Source of the DNA: a virus
Lineage: Duplodnaviria; Caudoviricetes
Direction: 5' to 3' (one strand)
IMG/VR virus record: IMGVR_UViG_3300044618_000417
Span: 1-24,868 of that record
DNA length: 24,868 nucleotides
Under the pieces are notes generated by a model, which saw only the letters and a program-made list of their open reading frames with translations, did not search any database and was not told the DNA's origin. A program made the translations under genes and the position numbers. Of the stretch, positions 1 through 8,900 are shown piece after piece; positions within the stretch are counted from its first letter, which is position 1, and each line of letters begins with the position of its first letter.

Positions 1-2
1 AA

Positions 3-1217
3 GGGCTGGTGAAGCGAGTGCTGGTGCTGTGCCCCCTGTCGATCATGAAGTCGGCGTGGCAGCAAGACCTGTTCAAGTTCGCCATGCACCGCTCATGCGG
101 CGTGGCACATGGTACGGCTACGCAGCGCGCTGCGGTCGTCAACAGCGGAGCCGAGTTCGTCGTCATCAATTTCGACGGTCTCTCGGTTATCAAAGACCAG
201 ATCACAAGCGGTGGCTTTGACCTGATCGTGGTGGATGAGGCTAACGCCTACAAGAACCCACAGACCAACCGCTGGAAGGTGCTCAATGAGTTGGTCAAGA
301 CGAATGATCCTCGGCTATGGATGCTTACTGGTACGCCAGCAGCCCAATCACCTCTGGATGCGTTCGGTCTCGCCAAGCTGGTGAACCCAGACAAGTCTCC
401 AAAATACTACAGCTACTTCCGTGCTGACACCATGTATCAGCTGACGAAGTTCAAGTGGGTGCCCAAGCCAACCGCACCGGAGTATGTGCACAACGTCCTG
501 CAACCGGCGATCCGGTTCGAGAAGAAGGACTGCCTCGACCTACCAGAGGTCACCTACATGGACCGCGAAGCGCCGCTCACCCCGCAGCAAGCAAAATATT
601 ATAAGCAGCTGGCCAGTGAGTTGCTTGTCGAAGCTGATGGGGAGGAGATCAGTGCGGTCAACGCAGCGGTCAAGATCAACAAGCTCCTGCAGATCAGCGG
701 AGGTGCGGCCTATTCGGATACTGGAGAAGTCATAGAGTTCGATGTGTCCAACCGCCTCAACACGGTGCTGGAAGTCATTGAGGAGGCTAGCAACAAGGTG
801 CTGGTCTTCGTGCCATTCACCCACACCATCGAGCTTCTACGTACCAAGCTAGAGAAAGAGGGCATCACCTGTGGTGTCATCAACGGCAAGGTGTCGGTCA
901 ATAAGCGCAGTGAGCTTGTCGATAAGTTCCAGACGGACAAAGACCCTCATGTGCTTATCATCCAGCCACAGGCAGCCAGCCATGGGCTTACACTTACGGC
1001 AGCAGATACAATCATATGGTATGCGCCGGTCCCATCGGTGGAGACCTACCTACAGGCGAACGCCCGTATCAACCGTCCCGGCCAGAAGAACGCCATGACC
1101 GTCGTGCACATCAAGGGGAGCGAGGTCGAGGGCAGGCTATACTCGTTGCTGCGCAGCAACATCAACAACCATGAGCGCATCATCGACCTGTACAGGGACC
1201 TGCTGAATACCCCTTGA
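3..1217 (+). CDS. SNF2-family (SF2) helicase, N-terminally truncated by the window edge
   Basis: The frame is open from the window start (GLVKRVLVLCPLS), so GTG at 9 is probably not the true start. Motifs: Ia CPLS, II LIVVDEAN, III LTGTP, V SHGLTL, VI QANARINRPGQ. Walker A would lie upstream of the window. Confidence 0.92.
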   Translation, partial: GLVKRVLVLCPLSIMKSAWQQDLFKFAMHRSCGVAHGTATQRAAVVNSGAEFVVINFDGLSVIKDQITSGGFDLIVVDEANAYKNPQTNRWKVLNELVKTNDPRLWMLTGTPAAQSPLDAFGLAKLVNPDKSPKYYSYFRADTMYQLTKFKWVPKPTAPEYVHNVLQPAIRFEKKDCLDLPEVTYMDREAPLTPQQAKYYKQLASELLVEADGEEISAVNAAVKINKLLQISGGAAYSDTGEVIEFDVSNRLNTVLEVIEEASNKVLVFVPFTHTIELLRTKLEKEGITCGVINGKVSVNKRSELVDKFQTDKDPHVLIIQPQAASHGLTLTAADTIIWYAPVPSVETYLQANARINRPGQKNAMTVVHIKGSEVEGRLYSLLRSNINNHERIIDLYRDLLNTP

Positions 1218-1242
1218 CACTGTATAATGTAAGCAATAAACC
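1214..1242 (+). promoter_or_regulatory. Putative sigma70-type promoter for the 1270-2813 genes
   Basis: Perfect TTGACA (1214-1219, overlapping the helicase stop), a 17-bp spacer, then TAAACC (1237-1242), in an AT-rich gap. A strong SD (AAGGAG, 1258-1263) precedes ATG 1270. Confidence 0.6.
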
Positions 1243-1269
1243 TACCAACCCAACCATAAGGAGCAAACT

Positions 1270-1677
1270 ATGGAAGATGAAGTAATCCCAGCTGACAAGC
1301 TGGTGGCGGTCTACCGTCGCATACGTGCCGCGATAGACGAGAAAGAAACCGAGCATGCCAAAGAGATCGCAGTGCTCAAGGATAAGCTGGAGCTTGTTAG
1401 TGACAAACTCCTTAAGATTTGCAACGATCAGAACATGGACAGCCTTCGCACCCCCGAGGGTACGGTGACGCGCCGCATCAAGTCGCGCTACTGGACCACT
1501 GACTGGGAGCATATGTACAAGTTCATCAAGGAGCACGATGCGCCGTTCTTGCTAGAGCAGCGTATCCACAACGGGAATATGAAGCAGTTCCTTGAAGAAA
1601 ACCCCAACCTGCACCCTGCTGGGTTACAGGCGGACCGCAAATACGCCATCACCGTGCGTAAACCGATGAACAAGTGA
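1270..1677 (+). CDS. Hypothetical phage replication-module protein (135 aa, N-terminal coiled coil)
   Basis: Strong RBS AAGGAGCAAACT-ATG; helical, charged N-terminal half; lies between the helicase and the putative SSB. Function not recognised. Confidence 0.8.
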   Translation: MEDEVIPADKLVAVYRRIRAAIDEKETEHAKEIAVLKDKLELVSDKLLKICNDQNMDSLRTPEGTVTRRIKSRYWTTDWEHMYKFIKEHDAPFLLEQRIHNGNMKQFLEENPNLHPAGLQADRKYAITVRKPMNK

Positions 1678-1685
1678 GAGAAATT

Positions 1686-2576
1686 ATGAGCAACATCACC
1701 ATTTTTGAAGAGAGCAGCAACCTTCCAACCGTGAAGCGCGAGTCGCGTCTTGCGGACAAGATCAGTTCGGGCGGCGGCTTGCGCCGTATCGCCACTAACA
1801 CCAACGGTACGTTCAAGCGCATCGTGGGCGGTGAGCAGATCGGTCGTGCGGTGCCCCATGAGATCAACGTCATTGTCGTGGACATGCTGAAGGATGTGTC
1901 GCGCGAATATTATGCCTCTGAGTACGACCCTGAGGGTAAAGCTACGCTGCCTGACTGCTGGTCTGCCGATGGTCGCACTCCCGACCCCAAGGCTTCCAAT
2001 AGGCAAGCAGCCAGTTGCGCGTCGTGCCCGATGAACGTCGATGGTTCAGGCAACAAGGGCCGTGGTAAGGCTTGCCGCTTCAAGCGCCGCATCGCTGTGC
2101 TGGCCGAGGGTGACCCGACCGGTGACGTGTATCAGATGAGCCTCGCAGCCAAGTCGCTGTTCGGTAAGGGCGTCGGTAACACGCATCCTTTCGAGAGCTA
2201 CTGCAACTACCTTAAGGCTAACGGCGAAGCGCCGGACACTGTCGTGACCAAGGTTATGTACGATACCGAGGCAGACACGCTGACGCTGAAGTTCAAGGCC
2301 GTGCGTCACCTGACGCAGGAAGAAGCAGACCTCGTCGACAACGCCTTTGCTGACCCCGATACCCAGCGCTACATCAAGCTCACTGCTGCCGAAATGGACG
2401 GTGTGACGGCTAAGCCTGCCAAGGCTATCGAGGCACCTAAGCAGTCTGTGTTTGACGAGCCGGAAGAAGCAGAAGAGGAAGTCGCTGCACCTGCGAAGCG
2501 CGCGAAGAAGAGCGCGCCGGTTGAGGTCCCCGCCGAAGACACCGACCTTGCTACTCTCCTTGACGAATGGGACTAA
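1686..2576 (+). CDS. Putative ssDNA-binding/annealing protein with a 4-Cys (probable Zn) motif and acidic C-terminal tail
   Basis: ATG 1686 preferred over GTG 1674 (GAGAG upstream). Motif PDCWSADG...CASCPMN...GKACR; Ala/Pro/Glu linker; acidic end DTDLATLLDEWD typical of SSB tails; replication context. The function is inferred. Confidence 0.65.
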   Translation: MSNITIFEESSNLPTVKRESRLADKISSGGGLRRIATNTNGTFKRIVGGEQIGRAVPHEINVIVVDMLKDVSREYYASEYDPEGKATLPDCWSADGRTPDPKASNRQAASCASCPMNVDGSGNKGRGKACRFKRRIAVLAEGDPTGDVYQMSLAAKSLFGKGVGNTHPFESYCNYLKANGEAPDTVVTKVMYDTEADTLTLKFKAVRHLTQEEADLVDNAFADPDTQRYIKLTAAEMDGVTAKPAKAIEAPKQSVFDEPEEAEEEVAAPAKRAKKSAPVEVPAEDTDLATLLDEWD

Positions 2577-2579
2577 GTC

Positions 2580-2813
2580 ATGAGTTATGGATACAGCCTA
2601 AGGTTGGTCCGGCTTAATCGTGAGGCCGATCCTAGCAAACTTGGTGTGCAGCTCGGGCGTCTGTGCATAGAGCACGACATCCCTGTCACTGAGGTTGCTA
2701 GGCGGTTCAAGGTCACTCGGGTGACGGTGTACAACTGGTTCTGTGGGGATAGCTCCCCGAGGCCGAATGTTGCACCGCTACTCGAAGCCTACATCGCTGA
2801 CCTCGCGGCTTAA
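2580..2813 (+). CDS. Cro/XRE-like helix-turn-helix protein
   Basis: IPVTEVARRFKVTRVTVYNWFCG...P fits the XRE/Cro HTH pattern; 77 aa; starts 3 bp after the previous stop. Confidence 0.85.
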   Translation: MSYGYSLRLVRLNREADPSKLGVQLGRLCIEHDIPVTEVARRFKVTRVTVYNWFCGDSSPRPNVAPLLEAYIADLAA

Positions 2814-2867
2814 TGCTGTTTATATTAACGCATATACAGGGGGTTTCGCCCCTGATGACTGGTGCCC

Positions 2868-5714
2868 ATGAAAGACATAGACCTCTTGAGCATTGTGCAG
2901 CCGCCTGATGGGTGGTTCGCAATAATAGGTATCAAGGGGGCCGGAGCAGACTTAAAACGACAACAACACCTAGTAGAGACACGGGAAGAGGTAAGCACAA
3001 TCGCCGCGCGTTTGGTGCGCGGTAAGTGGAATGTGTTCTTCGGCGTAGCCAAATACACCGACGATTCCAGCCGACAGAAATCCAATGTGAAAGCACTGAG
3101 GGCCTTCTGGCTGGACATCGACTGCGGACCGAAGAAGGCCATACCCAACCCCAAGACGGGACGTCCGGAAGGATATATAGACCAAGCCACCGGACTGCTG
3201 GCACTTCGCCAGTTCTGCACGACTGTCGGGCTTCCCAAGCCCATCCTCGTTAACTCAGGGCGCGGTATACACGCATACTGGCCGCTAACCCGCGATGTCA
3301 CACGGGAGGAATGGGAGCCTACAGCTGCTCGACTGCGTGACCTATGCGTCACCCACGGGCTTATCGTCGACCCTGCTGTCTTTGAAGTTGCGCGCGTTCT
3401 GCGTATTCCCGGCACCCTTAATTTTAAGGACGACCCGCCTAATCCGGTGTCGATTATAACCACCGCCGACCCGATTGATTTCGATGAGTTCCGCAAGCTC
3501 CTCGGGGTTAAGGAGTCGAAGGCAATGGAGGTGCCCGAGCGCCCTCGCAGCAATCTCAGCGAGAAGCTGCAGGACAACAGCGTGTCGAGGTTCTCCAAGA
3601 TAATGAAGCGTAGCATCAAGGGCGACGGCTGCCAGCAGCTGGTGTCAAGCTATGAGGAGCGCGCCGAGCTATCCGAAGTGCGTTGGTTTGACGCCTTGTC
3701 AGTGGCTAAGTTCTGCGTGGATCGTGACACAGCGATCCAGAAGATGTCGCACGGGCATCCGGACTATGACCCTGTCAAGGCACTGGAGAAGACCAAGCAT
3801 ATCTCGGGGCCACATAACTGCGCCACCTTCGAGCGCAACAATCCCGGGGGGTGTTATGGCTGCCCCTACTTGGGTAAGATTAAGAACCCCATAGTGTTGG
3901 GTAGGGAAATAGCGGAAGCCGAGACAGAGGATGGCAACTATGTCGTGCCTGAGGCTGGTGAAGCTGACGTGCCGCAGGACTACCGCATACCCGAGTATCC
4001 CTTCCCATTCACACGGGGCAAGAAGGGCGGCATCTACATCAAGCCTGAAAAAGATGAGGAGCTACCTACTCTAGTCTACGAGCACGACCTATATCTCGTG
4101 AAGACGATGACTGACCCTAAAGATGGCGATGTCCTAGTCATGCGGTTGCATCTGCCGAAGGAAGGGGTGCGTGAGTTTATCATCACGCAGAAACAGGCGG
4201 TCGGGGATGCGGCGGAGCTACGCAAAGTGCTTGCGAGTAAGGGCGTAGCTGCGACCGAGAAACAGTTCAAAAGCATCATCTTGTTCGTGACCATGTCACT
4301 CAAGGCGATCCAATATAAAAGAAAGGCAGAACTTATGCGTATGCAGTTCGGATGGGCAGACAACGACAGCAAATTTATTATCGGTGACCGCGAGATCAGT
4401 CACGACGGTATATTCCACAGCCCTCCATCCTCGGCAACCAAGGAGCTTGCGGACCGCATGCACCCTGCAGGTTCGTACGACAAGTGGCAGGAAGTGTTCA
4501 ATCTATATGGGCGTCCGGGGTTGGAGCCACATGCGTTCGCAGCGCTGACTGCCTTTGGTGCACCGCTCTTCAAGTTTACGGGGCAGTCAGGGGCGATCCT
4601 TAACGTCATCCACCCTAGCTCTGGTACAGGTAAGACGACCATCCTGCACATGTGCAACAGCGTGTGGGGCCACCCTCGTGACCTATGTGCGATCAAGGGG
4701 GATACTGCCAACGCAAAGACCATGCAGCTGGGCATCCACAACAACCTGCCATTCTGCGTGGACGAGATCACCAACATGACCCCCACGGGGCTTTCCGAGA
4801 TGTCCTACAATATGAGCCAAGGACGTGGGAAGAACCGCATGAAAGCCTCGACCAACGAGCTGCGCATGAACAACACGACGTGGCAGACGATCAGCCTGTG
4901 CTCATCCAACTCCTCGTTCTACGAAAAGCTCGGCCTCCTTAAGAATAACCCGGACGGCGAAATGATGCGCCTAATAGAGTATAAGATAGGATATAACGAC
5001 GCGATCCCGACCGACATCGCAAAGGAGATGTTCGACCACCAGCTGCTCGAAAACTATGGGCATGCAGGTGCAATCTTTATCCAGTGGGTCATCAACAATC
5101 TCGAAGAGGTCAAGAACACGCTCAAGGTCGTGCAGGTGAAGATCGACCGAGAGCTGAAGCTGACGCAGCGGGAGCGCTTCTGGTCTGCGAAGGTCGCAGC
5201 CAACATCACGGGTGGCATGATTGCCCGTAGGTTGAAGATCATCGACTGGGACATGGGTCGCATATACCAATGGGCAACCAATATGATTTGCGAAACTCGG
5301 CAGGATGTCGAGCCACCTAACGTAACCACGACAGCGGTGCTCGGTGACTACCTCAACCGTAACATCCACAACATCCTCATCGTCAACGACAAGATGGATA
5401 ACCGCTCCAACATGCAGGCAATTCCGGAACTGGAGCCTAAGGGAGCGCTCTATGTTCGGTTCGAGCCAGATACGAAGCGCCTGTTCGTCGACTATAAGCA
5501 CTTCCGTGAGGAGTGCATCAAGGCACAGATCAACTTCAAGGAGGTCCTTAGCGGCCTCAAGAAGTCGGGGGCCTATGTACGCGCAGGTTCCAAGCGTCTA
5601 TCAAAGGGCATGCGCATCAACACACTGCCTGTGTACGCCATCGAGTTCGACACCAGCGTCAACGACTTCCTAGATATGGAAGGCTTTATCCCGGAGAGCG
5701 AGGATGCAAGTTGA
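2868..5714 (+). CDS. Primase-helicase fusion: AEP/RepB-like primase, Cys-rich domain, DUF927/Cch-like P-loop helicase
   Basis: AEP motifs FWLDIDCG, VNSGRGIHAYWPL and ARVLRIPGTLNFK; Walker A SSGTGKTT; Walker B FCVDEITN; QGRGKNRM. Start is ATG 2868 or GTG 2862. Confidence 0.88.
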   Translation: MKDIDLLSIVQPPDGWFAIIGIKGAGADLKRQQHLVETREEVSTIAARLVRGKWNVFFGVAKYTDDSSRQKSNVKALRAFWLDIDCGPKKAIPNPKTGRPEGYIDQATGLLALRQFCTTVGLPKPILVNSGRGIHAYWPLTRDVTREEWEPTAARLRDLCVTHGLIVDPAVFEVARVLRIPGTLNFKDDPPNPVSIITTADPIDFDEFRKLLGVKESKAMEVPERPRSNLSEKLQDNSVSRFSKIMKRSIKGDGCQQLVSSYEERAELSEVRWFDALSVAKFCVDRDTAIQKMSHGHPDYDPVKALEKTKHISGPHNCATFERNNPGGCYGCPYLGKIKNPIVLGREIAEAETEDGNYVVPEAGEADVPQDYRIPEYPFPFTRGKKGGIYIKPEKDEELPTLVYEHDLYLVKTMTDPKDGDVLVMRLHLPKEGVREFIITQKQAVGDAAELRKVLASKGVAATEKQFKSIILFVTMSLKAIQYKRKAELMRMQFGWADNDSKFIIGDREISHDGIFHSPPSSATKELADRMHPAGSYDKWQEVFNLYGRPGLEPHAFAALTAFGAPLFKFTGQSGAILNVIHPSSGTGKTTILHMCNSVWGHPRDLCAIKGDTANAKTMQLGIHNNLPFCVDEITNMTPTGLSEMSYNMSQGRGKNRMKASTNELRMNNTTWQTISLCSSNSSFYEKLGLLKNNPDGEMMRLIEYKIGYNDAIPTDIAKEMFDHQLLENYGHAGAIFIQWVINNLEEVKNTLKVVQVKIDRELKLTQRERFWSAKVAANITGGMIARRLKIIDWDMGRIYQWATNMICETRQDVEPPNVTTTAVLGDYLNRNIHNILIVNDKMDNRSNMQAIPELEPKGALYVRFEPDTKRLFVDYKHFREECIKAQINFKEVLSGLKKSGAYVRAGSKRLSKGMRINTLPVYAIEFDTSVNDFLDMEGFIPESEDAS

Positions 5715-5898
5715 GGGGGTAACCTACGAAATAAACTGGAAAGCCTTCAAGCGGGGCACGGCGATTTTCATCCCGTGCCTCAACCCCAAAGTGGCTAGAC
5801 CACAAGTACTTGCGGTCACCAAACGCCTGAGACTCAAGGTATTGATGCAGGTGGTGATCGAAGACGGAATACGGGGTTTACGCATCTGGCGTTTGTAG
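5704..5898 (+). CDS. Small basic hypothetical protein (64 aa)
   Basis: Overlaps the primase stop, with GAGG just upstream of the ATG; same strand as the operon; C-terminal IEDGIRGLRIWRL resembles small phage proteins ending in G-x-R-(V/I)-W-R. Confidence 0.7.
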   Translation: MQVEGVTYEINWKAFKRGTAIFIPCLNPKVARPQVLAVTKRLRLKVLMQVVIEDGIRGLRIWRL

Positions 5899-5905
5899 GT
5901 ATAAC
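5877..5905 (+). promoter_or_regulatory. Putative promoter for the intergenic small RNA
   Basis: TTTACG (5877-5882), exactly 17 bp, then TATAAC (5900-5905); no credible + strand CDS lies between it and the terminator. Confidence 0.5.
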
Positions 5906-5911
5906 CACCCT

Positions 5912-5984
5912 CGGAAGTTTGCTCCTTCCTTTGCTGAAACGCACCCTTCTTACCCCCGACTGCTCACTCAGTCGGGGGTTTTTT
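5912..5984 (+). ncRNA. Candidate ~73-nt trans-acting antisense (anti-RBS) sRNA
   Basis: Bounded by the predicted promoter and an intrinsic terminator. Stem-loop GGAAG-TTTGCTC-CTTCC (5913-5929). AGTTTGCTCCTT (5916-5927) is the exact reverse complement of AAGGAGCAAACT (1258-1269), the RBS of the 1270 gene. Confidence 0.5.
5952..5984 (+). terminator. Rho-independent terminator ending the + arm and the candidate sRNA
   Basis: 11-bp perfect stem ACCCCCGACTG / CAGTCGGGGGT, 6-nt loop CTCACT, followed by a T-run. The - strand side has no U-tract. Confidence 0.9.
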
Positions 5985-8900
5985 AATCCCTACCGATGGT
6001 CTTATCCGCGTAGTAGGACTCGACCTCGTTCAGCCCCATGCCTTGGATATCGTACTTCGCCTCCGACGCAGCGCCGGTCAGGGACTTATAGACATTGGCG
6101 TAGGTGATACCAAAATACGGATTCCCGACTTTCTTGTTGTAATCCATAATATCCTTGAGCGCCTTCTGGGCTTCTTCTCGCCCATCTGCATCACCGTTCT
6201 GGAAGCGGCGCACAGCGCGTTTATAGGCACCGAGCAGGTCGCTCTTCTCGTCCTGCAGTTCATTTTTCCGGTTGAGGATATCGCGGTTTTCTTGCTGCAC
6301 CTTGGCAACCTGTGTCGGGTTGAAGCCTAGCATTGCACCGATAATCTCAGCGTTACTCATCTCTTCGTTCGCCAGTTTGATCTTCTCAGTCTGGGTGCGT
6401 ACGCCCTCGGTTTCCAGTCGATAGGCTTTCAACGGTGCTTTGAGCATCGCAGGCAGGCCGAGTTCGAGGCCCTTGAGTACGTTACCTTTGGCAATCTCTT
6501 CACCCATGGTGACTACGTTGAGCGAAGCAGACGCACCGGGAATGTTTTCCACCAGCGCATTATTGATCGTCTGGGTCCACGTATCGGCATCCTTCGGTGC
6601 ACGGAACCACATGCCGACTAGGTCGAGCGACACGCGAGAGCCAAAGTTCCAACCGGTTGCCTCTGACACAGCGCCGTTGAGGATGATGTCGCCCAACGTG
6701 ATTTTCTTGCCCTTATCATCGGTCACCATAGGCTGGCCGAAGTGCTCAGGCAGCCACTCATAGCGGAACTGCATCTCGACACTATCCGCAGTAATCGGGT
6801 TCTGCCTCATTCGCTCCCTGCGGTCCTCGTCGTCATCCGTCATGTCCTGCAGTGCTTGAAGCGTCATCATGCCGAGCGAGTAAAGCGGAAGCGCAACGAC
6901 ACCACCCATCATGAACGACATGCCCAAGACGCCTGTCATTTCCTTCATAGCCGCAACACGCTCGGCACGGGGTGTATCCTTGCCGAAGATAGCCCGTGTG
7001 CTCTGCACGAAGAAGCGCGTGGTAATAACGGAGTACTGCTTGAAGAGGAACAGCGCCCGCGCAAGCTCACTGCCCTTCATGATAGGGGGCCGGTTGAGGT
7101 TGGTATAGTTGCCGAGCGTGTAGTTCACCGTGTCCTTGGCGGCGATGATAGCCTTGGTCTGTCGCTCTTCAGGAGACAGCCCTGCGCTGCCCAGCTTATC
7201 ATACTCAAGGTCATAGGCAGCCATGAACGCCACCTCGCGCGTCAGCTGCTCCGATGTGTCGAACAGATACGTCATAGCATCATATGCTTTCTGACGGACT
7301 TCCGAGATACGCCCTTCCGTTGCTGTCTGCGGAGTGCGTTCCTGACCCATAGTAAATTCAGACAGCGGTATGATAAGCCCATACTCATCTGTCGCGCGAA
7401 CCAGCGCATCCCGATGCCGCTTGCTGTTCTTGACGATGTTCGACTCCAAAAGCGTCGGGATACGGAACGTCTTGCGCGCCCCCTTCGATTTACTCTCACG
7501 CTTAGGAAGGTTGCTAAACACGTTCATATACCGGCCCATGGCACGGGTGGTCGCAGCCATGCCATATTTGCCCCATAGATTAGGAGCTACGCGGATAGGC
7601 AGTGCAGTGACCTGCACAAGCGCAGTTGCAGGCGCAGTGAGGAACGCGATGTAAGCCAGCTGGTTCATCCAAGGGACGATCTTGTTGACAAACCCGTCAG
7701 GCGCTGGCTCCATTTCCCCGTTGATGCGCTCTTGGATGCTGTTGATGAACTCACGCGCAATCACTCTTTGGTTCGGCTCTAGGCTTTCCATGGCGGAGGT
7801 AGCGGCGCTGATTGCCCGGTCAATGTCAGGTGCAAACTGCAGGCGCGCAGCATCCGTCGCATACTCCTCAGCCGTTACGCCTACTGTGCGCAGGATATCT
7901 GAACTCCAACCAAGGCGGTTCTTCGACTTGATGAACTGCTTGCGGCCAGACCCTTCCGGAGTGCTTTGCAGATACAGCTGGTAGATGTCCGCACGAAGCC
8001 GGGTCTTCTTACCTTCGGTGAACGTGTCTGGGTTAAGATCGGAGATCATTTTCAACGTCTTAACGAGCGCATCACCTGCGTCGAAGTCAGCGCCTAGGTC
8101 TTTCTGGGCGTCGTTGCCGTAATCAACATCCTTGTTGTTGTTGATATCCAGCCCGAACTCTTCCGCAGCTGCTTCTAGGTCAGCGTCACGCTCGTCCGCA
8201 GTCTCGTAGAACTTCAGGATAGGCTCACCAAACTTGGTGCTTTTGATGCGCAGCCAATAGTCGCCGTAGCGGCGCTTTGGGAAATACTCCCGGTGGAACA
8301 GGCCCAACGGAACCTCAGGATAGTCCTTATGCGCATCCTCTTTGGCAGGTGCGTTTACCTTATCATTAAGGCGCTCCTGCTCTGCTCGTATAGATACCAT
8401 CAACTGGGAAATGACATCCTCAGCTACACCCGCATCTCGTAGAGCCTCGATCCGCTTGTCCATAAAGAACTGCCGTGCGGTCTGCATATCGCGGTTCATA
8501 TTGCGGATACGCGTGTAGAGCTTACGCCCTTCCTTCCCGAGCTTGCTCAGAATACGCATCGCACCGTCGATATCGGCTTCACGCTGCTTCCGCTTGTCTT
8601 CGTAATCCTTCTTCGTCTTGGCATCCAGCGAAGGGTTTTGAAGTAGCTTGTTATACCGACGCCAAATCTGATCGGACTTGAACGCATTCTCGCGTGACGT
8701 CACCTCCATGAGTTTGACCATGTCGATATTGTAGTAGTTGCCATGGTCCATAGCGACGGGAAGTGCTTTCAGCTTTTTACCGCCGACCACGATGGGGTCC
8801 GCATTGCTGAGCAGATACTCTTTAAGGTCGCCCACCATCTTATTGAGTGTACGACGCGTAGTGGCGCGACTACCATTCATCCTGTCCGCAATGTCGATTG

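Noticed and set aside
1223-1228. Perfect TATAAT as the -10 partner of the adjacent TTGACA
   Set aside because: The two are only 3 bp apart, and this TATAAT has no good -35 at 17 bp and no TGn extension.
2825-5501. Long - strand ORFs opposite the primase (e.g. 2825-3619, 4971-5501)
   Set aside because: Antisense shadows of a motif-supported gene in moderately GC-rich DNA, with no recognisable motifs.
5834-5935. Reading the - strand AAGGAGCAAACT (5927-5916) as the RBS of a small gene
   Set aside because: No start codon at normal spacing; the nearest GTG is too far away and opens only ~24 codons antisense to the 64-aa gene.
5919-6107. 62-aa + strand ORF spanning the junction
   Set aside because: TTG start without an SD; it crosses a strong terminator and runs antisense into the 2229-aa gene.
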